Part shown: positions 12,221-20,603 of the stretch, in pieces | How positions within the stretch are numbered: the stretch's first letter is position 1 | Layout: the number at the start of each line of letters is the position of its first letter | Source of the DNA: Nitrospirota bacterium | GTDB taxonomy: Bacteria; Nitrospirota; UBA9217 | Assembly: GCA_963818475.1 (NCBI GenBank) | Contig: CAWFSF010000002.1 | Span: 416,001 to 480,000 of the forward strand | Direction of reading: 5' to 3' | Length of the DNA: 64,000 nucleotides | Position numbers and translations under genes: made by a program | Notes under the pieces: model-generated | Told to the model about the DNA's origin: nothing | Database searches by the model: none | Seen by the model: only the letters and a program-made list of their open reading frames with translations

Positions 12221-12254
12221 TATTTTTACCTTGTTGTTTCAATTCGCAATCGAC

Positions 12255-14231
12255 TCATCCTTTGATCTCCACCGTAGCCCCTTGCTTTACGAGCAGCTCC
12301 TTCAGGTTCGGGAACTTGTCCTTCATGTGCGGGATGTGCATGGCCTGCATGAACTCCTTCTCGAAGGCCGGGTCCGTGGCGATCTCGACGAATTCGACCC
12401 AGCGGGCCCGTTCGTTCGCTTCCCGCCGCTTGTCCCGGTTCAGGAGCGCTATGCGCGAACCGTCGCCGGCAGCGTTGCCCACGGCGTAGACCATGTCGAT
12501 GGGGCAGTCCGGGAACATGCCGAGCGTGAGCGAAGCCACTTTGTCGATGTGGCTCCCGAAGGCGCCTGCCAGTATCACGCGGTCGAGCTTGGTGATGCCG
12601 AGCCGCTTCATCATCAGTTTTGCGCCTGCATAGAGCGCTCCTTTGGCTAGCTGGAGCGCGCGCACGTCGCCCTGGGTGATGGTGATGTCGTGGCCGATGG
12701 ATGTCTCCGCAGCCCAGGCAAGCACGTACTCCGGTTTACCGTCCACGTCCTTCCGTACTCGATTGGTGCCGAGGTCCAGGACGAACCTGCCGCTTTTATC
12801 AATGATGCCGGCCTTGAACATTTCGGCCACCACGCCGATGATGCCGGAGCCGCAGAGGCCCTTGGCATTCACCTTTTCGATATGCGTGTGCCAGTCCGCC
12901 TTGCCGATGACCTTGTACCGGGGCTCCTTCGTGGCGGGGTCGATCTCGACGGTCTCGATGGCGCCCGGTGCTGCGCGCATGCCGAACTTGATCTGGGCGC
13001 CTTCGAAGGCCGGGCCGGTTGCGCAGGACGTGGAGCAGACCTTGTTCCGGTTGCCCATGAGCAGCTCGCCGTTCGTGCCGATGTCGATGATCAGGACCAT
13101 CTCGTCCTGGTTGTAGGGTTCTTCCGCGATCAGCACGCCCACGTTGTCGGCGCCCACGAAGCCCGCTTCGATCGGCAGCACGTGAATGTAGGAACCTGGA
13201 TTGATCCGGAGGCCCAGGTCGCGCGCCTTGATATCGAGCGAGTTCTGGACCGCAGGGATGAAGGGCGACCGGCCGATGTATTCGGGGTTCAGGCCCAGGA
13301 AGATGTGGTGCATGGCCGTATTGAATACGATCGTCAGGTCGTCGATCATGAACCCGGGGTTCAAGTCGTCCTTTTTTATGTCCACGGAAACGCGCTCGAT
13401 GATCTCGTTCAGGCCCTGGATGATCGCCTTCTGCATGGTGTCCAGGCCGCCCGGATTGCTCATGGCAAAGGTGATGCGCGACATCACGTCCTCGCCGTAG
13501 GGCACCTGGGGGTTCATCATGGATTCGGTGTTCACGACCTTGCCCGTGCTCAGGTCCGTCAAATAGCCCACGCAGGTCGTCGTGCCGACGTCCACGGCAA
13601 GGCCGTAGCTCGCCTCGACAAAGCCCGGCTCCACCTTGATGATCTCCCTGTCCATCCAGACCGTGACCGTTGCCTTCCACGCGTCCTTTCTGAGAACGTC
13701 CTGGAGGTCTTTGAGCACCAGGTAATCGAACGTAAGCCCTGTAAGCTTGTAGTTGTCCTCAAGGTATTTCAGCACCCGTTCCCAGTCGCCCGTGGTCATA
13801 TCGTGGAGTGACGGTTGTGCGAGTTCGACATTGTACTTCTTTACCGCCGGGTCGAGCTTGATCGTGAGCTCTTTCGCTGCCTTCCTGACGACCTGTTTGC
13901 CCGCGCGCGAACGTTCGGGTACGAAGACCTTGACGTCGCCGTGGATCTCGGCCGTACACGACAGCCTGATGCCCGGCCCGTCCTCGGGCTTGATGTGCTT
14001 TTTCTCCGCTTCGGAGAGCGGGGAGAGATGGGCCATGCCCGATTCGATATTGTCCTTTTCGAAATAGCCTTCTTCGATCCTGACCTTGCACTTGCCGCAG
14101 ACCTTTTTGTTTCCGCAGAGCGCTTCGATGTCAACACCCAGGGACTGGGCCGCTTCAAGGATGGTCTTGCCGTCCTCTACTTCGCCGCGGCTGCCCGAGG
14201 GCTGGAATATCACTTTGTGTTTCTTGAGCAT
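12255..14231 (-). CDS. ASKHA-type ATP-dependent reductive activator of corrinoid proteins (RACo/COG3894)
   Basis: N-terminal [2Fe-2S] CGNKKVCGKC..RLSC; DVGTTT, DIGTNGE, CATGPAFEG, GLCGSG, LAGAFG, GNAA. Confidence 0.93.
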   Translation of the reverse strand: MLKKHKVIFQPSGSRGEVEDGKTILEAAQSLGVDIEALCGNKKVCGKCKVRIEEGYFEKDNIESGMAHLSPLSEAEKKHIKPEDGPGIRLSCTAEIHGDVKVFVPERSRAGKQVVRKAAKELTIKLDPAVKKYNVELAQPSLHDMTTGDWERVLKYLEDNYKLTGLTFDYLVLKDLQDVLRKDAWKATVTVWMDREIIKVEPGFVEASYGLAVDVGTTTCVGYLTDLSTGKVVNTESMMNPQVPYGEDVMSRITFAMSNPGGLDTMQKAIIQGLNEIIERVSVDIKKDDLNPGFMIDDLTIVFNTAMHHIFLGLNPEYIGRSPFIPAVQNSLDIKARDLGLRINPGSYIHVLPIEAGFVGADNVGVLIAEEPYNQDEMVLIIDIGTNGELLMGNRNKVCSTSCATGPAFEGAQIKFGMRAAPGAIETVEIDPATKEPRYKVIGKADWHTHIEKVNAKGLCGSGIIGVVAEMFKAGIIDKSGRFVLDLGTNRVRKDVDGKPEYVLAWAAETSIGHDITITQGDVRALQLAKGALYAGAKLMMKRLGITKLDRVILAGAFGSHIDKVASLTLGMFPDCPIDMVYAVGNAAGDGSRIALLNRDKRREANERARWVEFVEIATDPAFEKEFMQAMHIPHMKDKFPNLKELLVKQGATVEIKG

Positions 14232-14269
14232 GATTCCTCCTGAACTACTCGAATCTAAGAGCTATATCC

Positions 14270-14395
14270 ACCACGGAGACACGGAGGCACGGAGGAAAAC
14301 AGATTACTAGTGCTTCATTAAGTTCGTTAGTTGCTTAATCCAAAGACACGCCTGATCTCAGTATCGATTTCTCCGTGTCTCCGTGACTCCGTGGT
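14270..14395. repeat. CACGGAG-family inverted-repeat element
   Basis: accacggagacacggaggcacggag / ctccgtgtctccgtgactccgtggt. Confidence 0.85.
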
Positions 14396-14401
14396 TAAAA
14401 A

Positions 14402-15040
14402 TTATCCTGCAATCGTTTCTTTCCTCCCATACGGACAAATATTGATACACAGCCCGCAGTTGGGCTTGCCGTCAGTTGCCCGCTTGGTCGATTTGTGGCT
14501 TCTGCAGTCGCTGAGCTTCACCAGTTCAACAAAAGGCGAGGACCGGGACCATTCCCGACCCGTGATCGCATGCGAAGGACAGTAGGTCATGCAGAGCGTG
14601 CAATCGCCGCACAAGCTGTGTTCCATGGGCGCATCCGGCCGGAAACGGGCATCGGTCAGGACCGTGACAAGCGACAGGCGCGGACCGTGGTCGATGTTGA
14701 TAAGAAGCCCGTTCTTCCCGATCCAGCCCAACCCGGCGGACGTGGCCGCCATCTTGTGATTGAACAGGGAGTAGAGCTTCGAGATGCACGTGCCCTTCCT
14801 GCGGTCCGAGTCCGGCGGGATGGCAAGGGTGCGATGCCCCCGGGCCTTCAGGAACCGGACCGCCCGCTTCTCAAGCTTCGCGAGCAGGCTGAGGGTGTCT
14901 TCATTCAGCCTCCGGTCCACACCGATGGACACCGCCCGGGCCAGATGGGCGATCTCGCCGCTCAGGTACCCGTCGAGGCCTGCGAACCCCACGACCGTTG
15001 CGCCGTGGTCCAGCAGTTCTTTCCTGAGCGAGGTCTTCAT
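14402..15040 (-). CDS. QueG/reductive-dehalogenase-like 2x[4Fe-4S] protein
   Basis: HKMAATSAGLGWIGKNGLL..GPRLSLVTVLTD, CGDCTLCMTYCP, CGLCINICP. Confidence 0.8.
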   Translation of the reverse strand: MKTSLRKELLDHGATVVGFAGLDGYLSGEIAHLARAVSIGVDRRLNEDTLSLLAKLEKRAVRFLKARGHRTLAIPPDSDRRKGTCISKLYSLFNHKMAATSAGLGWIGKNGLLINIDHGPRLSLVTVLTDARFRPDAPMEHSLCGDCTLCMTYCPSHAITGREWSRSSPFVELVKLSDCRSHKSTKRATDGKPNCGLCINICPYGRKETIAG

Positions 15041-15729
15041 TTCGCTTTCTTGGCTTCCACCTCATCCTTCATCTTTTTGAGCGACTCGATCATGTTGATG
15101 GCGTCCTTCAACGCGTTGGTCGCGTCCTTGGCGTAGCCGTCGGCGCCGTACTTGTCAGCCACGTCCTGGGACACCGGGGCGCCGCCGATCATGATCTTGA
15201 CATGCGGGTTCTTGGCCCGGAGATCGTCGATGACCTTCTTCATGCCGGTCATGGTCGTGGTCATCATGGCCGAAAGGCAGACGAGGTCGGAATCGGTCCG
15301 GAGCTGCTCGGCGACGAATTTGTCCAGCGGCACATCCCGGCCCAGATCGTAGACCGTGAAGCCGGCCACGTCGAACATCATCTTCACGATGTTCTTGCCG
15401 ATATCGTGCACGTCGCCTTCCACGGTCCCGATAACGACCGATCCCTTCACGCCCAGGTCCAGCTGCTTCACGTGGGGCTTCAGGATGTCCAGGCCCGCGT
15501 AGAGCGCGTCTGCGCACATGAGCAGCTCGGGCACGAAGTACTCCTGCGCCTCGAACATCTTTCCCACTTCCACCATGCCGGAGACGAGTCCGTTGAAGAT
15601 GGCGTCGTTCGCTTCCATGCCCACGTCCAGCGCCTCCTGCGACGCTTCCTTGGACGTGTCTTCGTCGTACTGGATCACCGCGTTCCGCAGTTTTGCCAGG
15701 AGCTCTTTCTTTTTTTCTTCCGTAACCAT
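15037..15729 (-). CDS. Corrinoid (B12-binding) protein, MtaC/MtbC family
   Basis: B12 cap YFVPELLM; DVHDIGKN..SAMMTTT..IGGAP motif. Confidence 0.95.
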   Translation of the reverse strand: MVTEEKKKELLAKLRNAVIQYDEDTSKEASQEALDVGMEANDAIFNGLVSGMVEVGKMFEAQEYFVPELLMCADALYAGLDILKPHVKQLDLGVKGSVVIGTVEGDVHDIGKNIVKMMFDVAGFTVYDLGRDVPLDKFVAEQLRTDSDLVCLSAMMTTTMTGMKKVIDDLRAKNPHVKIMIGGAPVSQDVADKYGADGYAKDATNALKDAINMIESLKKMKDEVEAKKAK

Positions 15730-15733
15730 AGGG

Positions 15734-16753
15734 TCACCTCCGGTAATTTTTAACTTCGTCCATCATGGCCTTCATGTTCTCCGGCGGCACCGTGGGCCAG
15801 ATATCGCAGCCGGGCCAGACCGCGCTCACGCCGTCGTCCATGCACTTCCTGATGGTCTGACGCACCAGGTCCGGCGTACCGGCCACCAGCACGTTGTAGG
15901 GATCGTAGTTCCCGAAGACCAGCGCTTTGGGGCCGAGCTTCTTGCGCGTTTCGGCAACATCGTTCTTCTGGTCCACGCTGATCGCCTTGGCGCCGCTTTC
16001 GGCCATGAACGGAACGATATCGTTCGTCTTGCCGCAGATATGGATCACGCTCGGCACGGAGAGGTTCTCGAAGATCTTCTTGAGGTACGGCAGGATGAGG
16101 CTCTTGAAAACCCGCGGGGAAAGCACGTCCGACGTCGCCCCCATCTCGCGCACCGTGATGAAGTCCACGCCTGCCTTCTCGTACTCCTTCGCCACCTGGA
16201 TGATCACGTCCGCCATCTGGTCGAGCAGTTTCCCGATCTTGTCCGGCTTTTTAAAGGACAGCTTCAGCAGGTCGTTCAGCTCCATGATCTGGCCGGCCAG
16301 CGTGAACGGCCCGAGCACGTAGGAACCGACGGCTGCTTCAGCGCCGATGTCCTTTTTGAGCAGTTTGATGACCTCGACCATGAGCGGCACCCTGCCGCGC
16401 CCGGTAAGGCCCGTGGGGAGCGCAATGTCGAGCTCCGCCTCGTTGTGGATCAGCTTTTTCTTGATCGTGGGGTACAGCAGGTCCTCGGAATGGGCATACA
16501 CGTTGATCTCGCAGCCCATTGCCTCGGCCTCGATGCAGAGGTCGAAGGGCGCCACGCCGCATTCGAAACCGAAGAGCTTGTAGGTCGACGCAGCTGCCGC
16601 TGCCATCATCTTCGCGTCAAGATGAGTAGCCGCGAAATTCTGGCCGAGCGCTTTGAGGCCCTCGGTCGTTACATTGCCCATGCCGCTGAAGCAGGGAGGT
16701 CGGTCGACCTCCTCGCCTGCAAACAGCTTCAGTACTCGTTCTCGTGAATTCAT
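15734..16753 (-). CDS. MtaA/CmuA-family methylcobamide:thiol methyltransferase (URO-D fold)
   Basis: PFDLCIEAEAMGC, Zn ligands HICG and PGC; probable start MNSRERV after SD GGAGG. Confidence 0.85.
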   Translation of the reverse strand: MNSRERVLKLFAGEEVDRPPCFSGMGNVTTEGLKALGQNFAATHLDAKMMAAAAASTYKLFGFECGVAPFDLCIEAEAMGCEINVYAHSEDLLYPTIKKKLIHNEAELDIALPTGLTGRGRVPLMVEVIKLLKKDIGAEAAVGSYVLGPFTLAGQIMELNDLLKLSFKKPDKIGKLLDQMADVIIQVAKEYEKAGVDFITVREMGATSDVLSPRVFKSLILPYLKKIFENLSVPSVIHICGKTNDIVPFMAESGAKAISVDQKNDVAETRKKLGPKALVFGNYDPYNVLVAGTPDLVRQTIRKCMDDGVSAVWPGCDIWPTVPPENMKAMMDEVKNYRR

Positions 16754-16808
16754 TATTATGGAACCTCCTTGAAATACAGTATCGGAATCAAATGGACCTA
16801 AAGCTATT

Positions 16809-16939
16809 ACCACGGAGACACGGAGGCACGGAGAAAGGCAATTAACTTTATGCAAGAACAGAAAATAATTTTCTGAGATTCTTAAAGCAAAATACGTGTT
16901 GGCCTTAACGTCTTCTCCGTGTCTCCGTGCCTCCGTGGT
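16809..16939. repeat. CACGGAG-family inverted-repeat element
   Basis: accacggagacacggaggcacggag / ctccgtgtctccgtgcctccgtggt. Confidence 0.85.
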
Positions 16940-16948
16940 GAAAAGGCT

Positions 16949-17896
16949 CTATTTTCTCGCTGCTCCTGCCGTTAACTTTCCTAAAAATTCGTTAAAGTAC
17001 TTCTTAATAGGAATATTCTCGTTGGCCGAGATCGTTTGTGTTTCATCGTAGACCAGGGTCGAGAGCAGGATCTGCGCTGCAGCCACGGCCGGGAAGATGC
17101 GCGGCGCCGTAACGATGGGGCCATAAAAATTAAAGTCGCTCCAGATCGCAGAGGACATTCCCTGCACCACGGCGTCCATGGCCTTGAACCCGTCCAGGCT
17201 CCAGATGGTCTTCGCTTCTTTCCACATGTGCGTGCCGTTCGAGTAGGCGCCGCCGCAGGGAAGGCCAAGCTTCTCCTTGATGAGCCTGTTGGCGACGAGC
17301 GAGAACGACGTCGCGGGCAGGTTCATGACCGAGGTGTCGACGATGACGGTCTCGAAATCCCCGGCGCCCTGGTCGAGCAGCTTTTCGAGCGATTTCAGCC
17401 GCCCCGCCGGCGTCTGGTCCTGGTCGTCGAAGGCCTGGACCACCACGTGTTTGATCCCCAGGTCCTTGAGCTTCTGTACCTGCCCCTTGATGTCCTTGTC
17501 CCAGGGCGTGATGCTGTTGTACAGGAACTTGTCCTGCAGACCCAGCTTGGCCACGTACTCGGTTGCCTCTGCCCGCTTCTCGGCGACCCACATGTCGATG
17601 CCGAAGGGCATCGTGGTAGTCTCGCGATAGAAATCGACATAGATCTTCGCTTCTTCCGCAGAGTTCGCCACCATGGCCACCATGGACGGAATGCCGGTGG
17701 AGAGCGAGAGCTGTTCCTGCGTTTTGATCAGCTCCGTCGCCTTCACACGGTCGAAGTTGCCTTTCCGGTCAGTCACGATCCGGTCCTTGTTATGGAACAT
17801 GGACGCGATCAAGAGAGGCGGGTTCTCCCCTGCCTGGCCGCCGACCTTGATCCCGTTGATGTTGAAAATCTTCTGTTCGCGGCTGAATCGAAACAT
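16949..17896 (-). CDS. MtrH/MtgA-like pterin:corrinoid methyltransferase
   Basis: N-terminus MFRFSREQKIFNINGIKVGGQAGENP resembles the MtrH family; LYNSI, IVDT, GLPCG, YGP. Confidence 0.85.
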   Translation of the reverse strand: MFRFSREQKIFNINGIKVGGQAGENPPLLIASMFHNKDRIVTDRKGNFDRVKATELIKTQEQLSLSTGIPSMVAMVANSAEEAKIYVDFYRETTTMPFGIDMWVAEKRAEATEYVAKLGLQDKFLYNSITPWDKDIKGQVQKLKDLGIKHVVVQAFDDQDQTPAGRLKSLEKLLDQGAGDFETVIVDTSVMNLPATSFSLVANRLIKEKLGLPCGGAYSNGTHMWKEAKTIWSLDGFKAMDAVVQGMSSAIWSDFNFYGPIVTAPRIFPAVAAAQILLSTLVYDETQTISANENIPIKKYFNEFLGKLTAGAARK

Positions 17897-17956
17897 CGTT
17901 GTCCTCTTTTCTTGTCTCTATCTGGTGGAACCGCTGGAATGTCTAAATCTATATCC

Positions 17957-18169
17957 ACCACGGAGGCACGGAGTCACGGAGAAATGCTGGCTTTAAACTT
18001 TCACGGCTGTCATTGCGAGGAGCGTTTTATGCGACGCGGCAATCTCGAACTTGTTGTTTTGTTGAACTACGAGATTGCTTCGCTTCGCTCGCAAAGACGG
18101 CTAAAGGGCTTTTCAACAACCTGCTGGATCTGCAGTCCGTGATTTTGCTCTCCTCCGTGTCTCCGTGGT
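17957..18169. repeat. CACGGAG-family element with nested GTCATTGCGAG element (18009-18098)
   Basis: Outer arms as in other copies; inner gtcattgcgagg..gcaatctcg / cgagattgcttcgcttcgctcgcaaagac. Confidence 0.85.
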
Positions 18170-18207
18170 TAATAAGGTTTTTATGTACTGTATAAAAGTA
18201 TGATTTC

Positions 18208-18240
18208 AAAAGGCGGGGGAGCCTTCGAAACGCTCCCCCA
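18208..18240 (-). terminator. Probable intrinsic terminator/attenuator inside the operon
   Basis: Minus strand GGGGGAGC-loop-GCTCCCCC then GCCTTTT, just after the CMD-family gene. Confidence 0.55.
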
Positions 18241-18249
18241 TGATGATCG

Positions 18250-18696
18250 TTAAAACACGCCGTGGTCGAACTTCGGCGCCGGGAGATACTCCCACTTCTC
18301 GCCTTTCCTGAACTTGGTTTCTATGTCGAGGCACTTTAAGGCGTACTCGAAAGCATAGGGAATGCCGGGACCGCCCGGCACAAAGCCGCCGAGGATCATG
18401 CCTACCGACGCCGCCTCGAAGATCTCCATCGTGGTCGCGCCGGCATTGATCGCCGGGATCACGTGGATGATGCACCGGGGCGAGCAGTAGGCAACGCCGC
18501 CCGACATGAACATCAACTCCTTCACCTTGCGGGAAAGCGCCCCGTCTGCGAAAATGCTCGCATAGAAATCTGCGAAAGTCCTTCCCGGTTCGGGTGTCAC
18601 GGTGTTGATGACCTGGAACATGCGCGGTACGAACCCGCACTGCTGCTTCATGTAATCGTTACATTCTTCCGTCGTCATCTTTTTCTTGTCAGCCAT
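18250..18696 (-). CDS. Carboxymuconolactone decarboxylase/AhpD-family protein
   Basis: GALSRKVKEL, CSPRCIIH, AGAT..EIFEA; SD AGGAGG. Confidence 0.85.
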   Translation of the reverse strand: MADKKKMTTEECNDYMKQQCGFVPRMFQVINTVTPEPGRTFADFYASIFADGALSRKVKELMFMSGGVAYCSPRCIIHVIPAINAGATTMEIFEAASVGMILGGFVPGGPGIPYAFEYALKCLDIETKFRKGEKWEYLPAPKFDHGVF

Positions 18697-18826
18697 TTGT
18701 GTTTCCCTCCTCTTGCCCTGGCGCTGTCTGCGCCCGGGAAACTTGGTTTTTCAACGCCTCACGTACCTTCGTGCAACATACTTCAAATTCAGTCTGAAAC
18801 GCCTTCACCTCTCTCTCATCTGAAAG

Positions 18827-18877
18827 TCCCCCTCACCTTTATCCTCTCCCCCGAGGGGAGAGGGTAGGGTGAGGGGT
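18827..18877. repeat. CCCCTCACC...GGTGAGGGG cruciform repeat
   Basis: cccctcacctttatcctctcccccgaggggagagggtagggtgagggg. Confidence 0.7.
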
Positions 18878-18922
18878 TTCGTTCTACTCCTAGTTGTACA
18901 GATTTTCAGCATGCATGTTTCT

Positions 18923-19957
18923 CTAATATTTCCATTCATGCGCCACCTGGATGAACTTCTGGATGTTCTCGTACGGAACGGTCGGGGGTATGTCGCAGCC
19001 CGGCATCAGCACGAACCCGCCGTCGATGCCGGCGGCCTTGATGATGTCCGTACAAGCGTTCTCCACGTCCTGGACCGTGCCGTTCAGCATGATCTTAACG
19101 GGGTCCACGTTCCCGCCGAAGCACATCTTGCCGTGAAGCGCCTCTTTGGCCTTCGCAATGTCCGTCTTGTGGTCCAGGCTGATGCAGCTGGCGCCGGTCA
19201 GCGGGAACAGGTCCAGCCGGTCCGTGGTGTTCCCGCAGATATGGACCAGCGTATGGACGCCCTTTGACTTTGCCCAGTCCGTGAACTTTTTGAGTGCGGG
19301 CACGGCGAACTTCTCGAACTGTTTCTTGGAAATGAGGTCGCCCGAAGCAGTAGGGTCTGCGAGGCTGATGACCTCGAGGGTCTTGTCCGCAACGATCGGC
19401 TCGTAGAGATGGATCAGAATATCGGTTGCGAAGTCGACCACCTTCTCGACAAAGGCCGGTTTCTTGAACGTGGCCTTCATCATCGCCTCTTCGCCCACGA
19501 GCCGCGCGCCGAGGGTGAAGGGTCCCCAGGCCGTCATGGTCACCACGTAATTATTGCCGATCTTCGCCTTGGTCTGGCGCAGGGCCTTAATGACGGTCGT
19601 GATCACCTCGTCCTTGTCGAGGTCGCTCAGCTTGAGCCTCGCAAGGTCCTCCTCGGATGAGACGAAATGGTTCTCCAGGTCCGGCGCACCCACCTCCCGC
19701 CACTTGATCTTTCCGCCCAAGGCCGTCGCATGAAAGTTGTTGTAGCCCGAGCCCGGGTAAACAATATCGCACTTCAGCGTCTCGCTCATGGCGACCAGCA
19801 TGTCGGTCATCTTGTTCGCGTCCTTTGACAGGGCCTCGAACGACGTCCCGTGCCGCTTGATGCTCCACATGCCCGCGCCGAACAGGGTCACCGGGAGCCG
19901 GTCGGGTTTTCCTCCTTCGTAAGCTTTCAGGATCACTTCCTTCGGTGTCATCATGAA
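18923..19957 (-). CDS. Second MtaA/CmuA-family (URO-D fold) methyltransferase
   Basis: GPFTL, ADPTASGDLIS, Zn ligands HICG and PGCD. Confidence 0.85.
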   Translation of the reverse strand, partial: FMMTPKEVILKAYEGGKPDRLPVTLFGAGMWSIKRHGTSFEALSKDANKMTDMLVAMSETLKCDIVYPGSGYNNFHATALGGKIKWREVGAPDLENHFVSSEEDLARLKLSDLDKDEVITTVIKALRQTKAKIGNNYVVTMTAWGPFTLGARLVGEEAMMKATFKKPAFVEKVVDFATDILIHLYEPIVADKTLEVISLADPTASGDLISKKQFEKFAVPALKKFTDWAKSKGVHTLVHICGNTTDRLDLFPLTGASCISLDHKTDIAKAKEALHGKMCFGGNVDPVKIMLNGTVQDVENACTDIIKAAGIDGGFVLMPGCDIPPTVPYENIQKFIQVAHEWKY

Positions 19958-19989
19958 CATCTCCCTTCGTACCAAGTGGAATCACACCA

Positions 19990-20319
19990 TCAAGACGCGA
20001 TGCTGTGGATCGTTCTTTTGAACTCTTCAAGGTCCAGCGGCGCCCCCATGCCGCCGGCACGGTCCTGCTCCCATTCGCCTCCCATGATCAAGATGGGCAT
20101 GCCGGGCGAGACAGACCTGATGACCTGCGCTGCCTCCTCGGCAGACATGCCGAAAGGCTCGGAATCCACGATGACGAAACCGTAAAGCGCTTGGAGGACC
20201 TTCTTCACCGCAAGCGCCGGATGCTCCACGGTTTCGACAGTGTACCCCTCGTCCCGCAGGACCCCATAGAGGTTCTTGATCAGCAGGGGATTGGAAGAGC
20301 AGAGAAGAATGTTCTTCAT
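19990..20319 (-). CDS. Stand-alone atypical receiver (CheY-like) domain protein
   Basis: NILLCSS..EGYTVETV..VIVD..PILIMGG..PLDLEEF; acidic pocket and Lys degenerate. Confidence 0.7.
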   Translation of the reverse strand: MKNILLCSSNPLLIKNLYGVLRDEGYTVETVEHPALAVKKVLQALYGFVIVDSEPFGMSAEEAAQVIRSVSPGMPILIMGGEWEQDRAGGMGAPLDLEEFKRTIHSIAS

Positions 20320-20333
20320 AACAAGGGATAGTT

Positions 20334-20349
20334 TGCAATAGCTGTGCCA
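20334..20349 (-). promoter_or_regulatory. sigma54 (-24/-12) promoter
   Basis: Minus strand TGGCAC-AGCTA-TTGCA, consensus match, directly upstream of the first operon gene. Confidence 0.85.
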
Positions 20350-20553
20350 GTGATTCCAGCCGGATCAGACACAGTACTTTCGTCGCAGCGTGTTAAGCGG
20401 CAGTGATGCCCTCTCTGACAATCGCAGCATGGCTGTACTGAAATACTCCGGGAAATACGATATACGTCATTAGAAGATCAGTTCAACAGGGAGCGATAGA
20501 AACAACGCGGACTAAAATTGGAGGTTGAGGTAATCACTAGCGGGAAAATAGCA

Positions 20554-20584
20554 GAATAATGCCCCACCCTGCGGGGCATTATTC
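20554..20584. promoter_or_regulatory. Perfect 12-bp inverted repeat: candidate activator UAS and/or metF terminator
   Basis: gaataatgcccc-accctgc-ggggcattattc about 210 bp upstream of the sigma54 site. Confidence 0.5.
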
Positions 20585-20603
20585 CCCAAACTGTGGAGGC
20601 GGA

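Noticed and set aside
9531-18169. CACGGAG repeats or attC sites as a CRISPR array
   Set aside because: They are inverted arms or gene-spaced sites, not direct repeats with uniform spacers, and there are no cas genes.
15037-19975. Pyrrolysine- or selenocysteine-containing methyltransferases
   Set aside because: The ORFs are uninterrupted, with no in-frame TAG/TGA, and are not MttB/MtmB/MtbB family.
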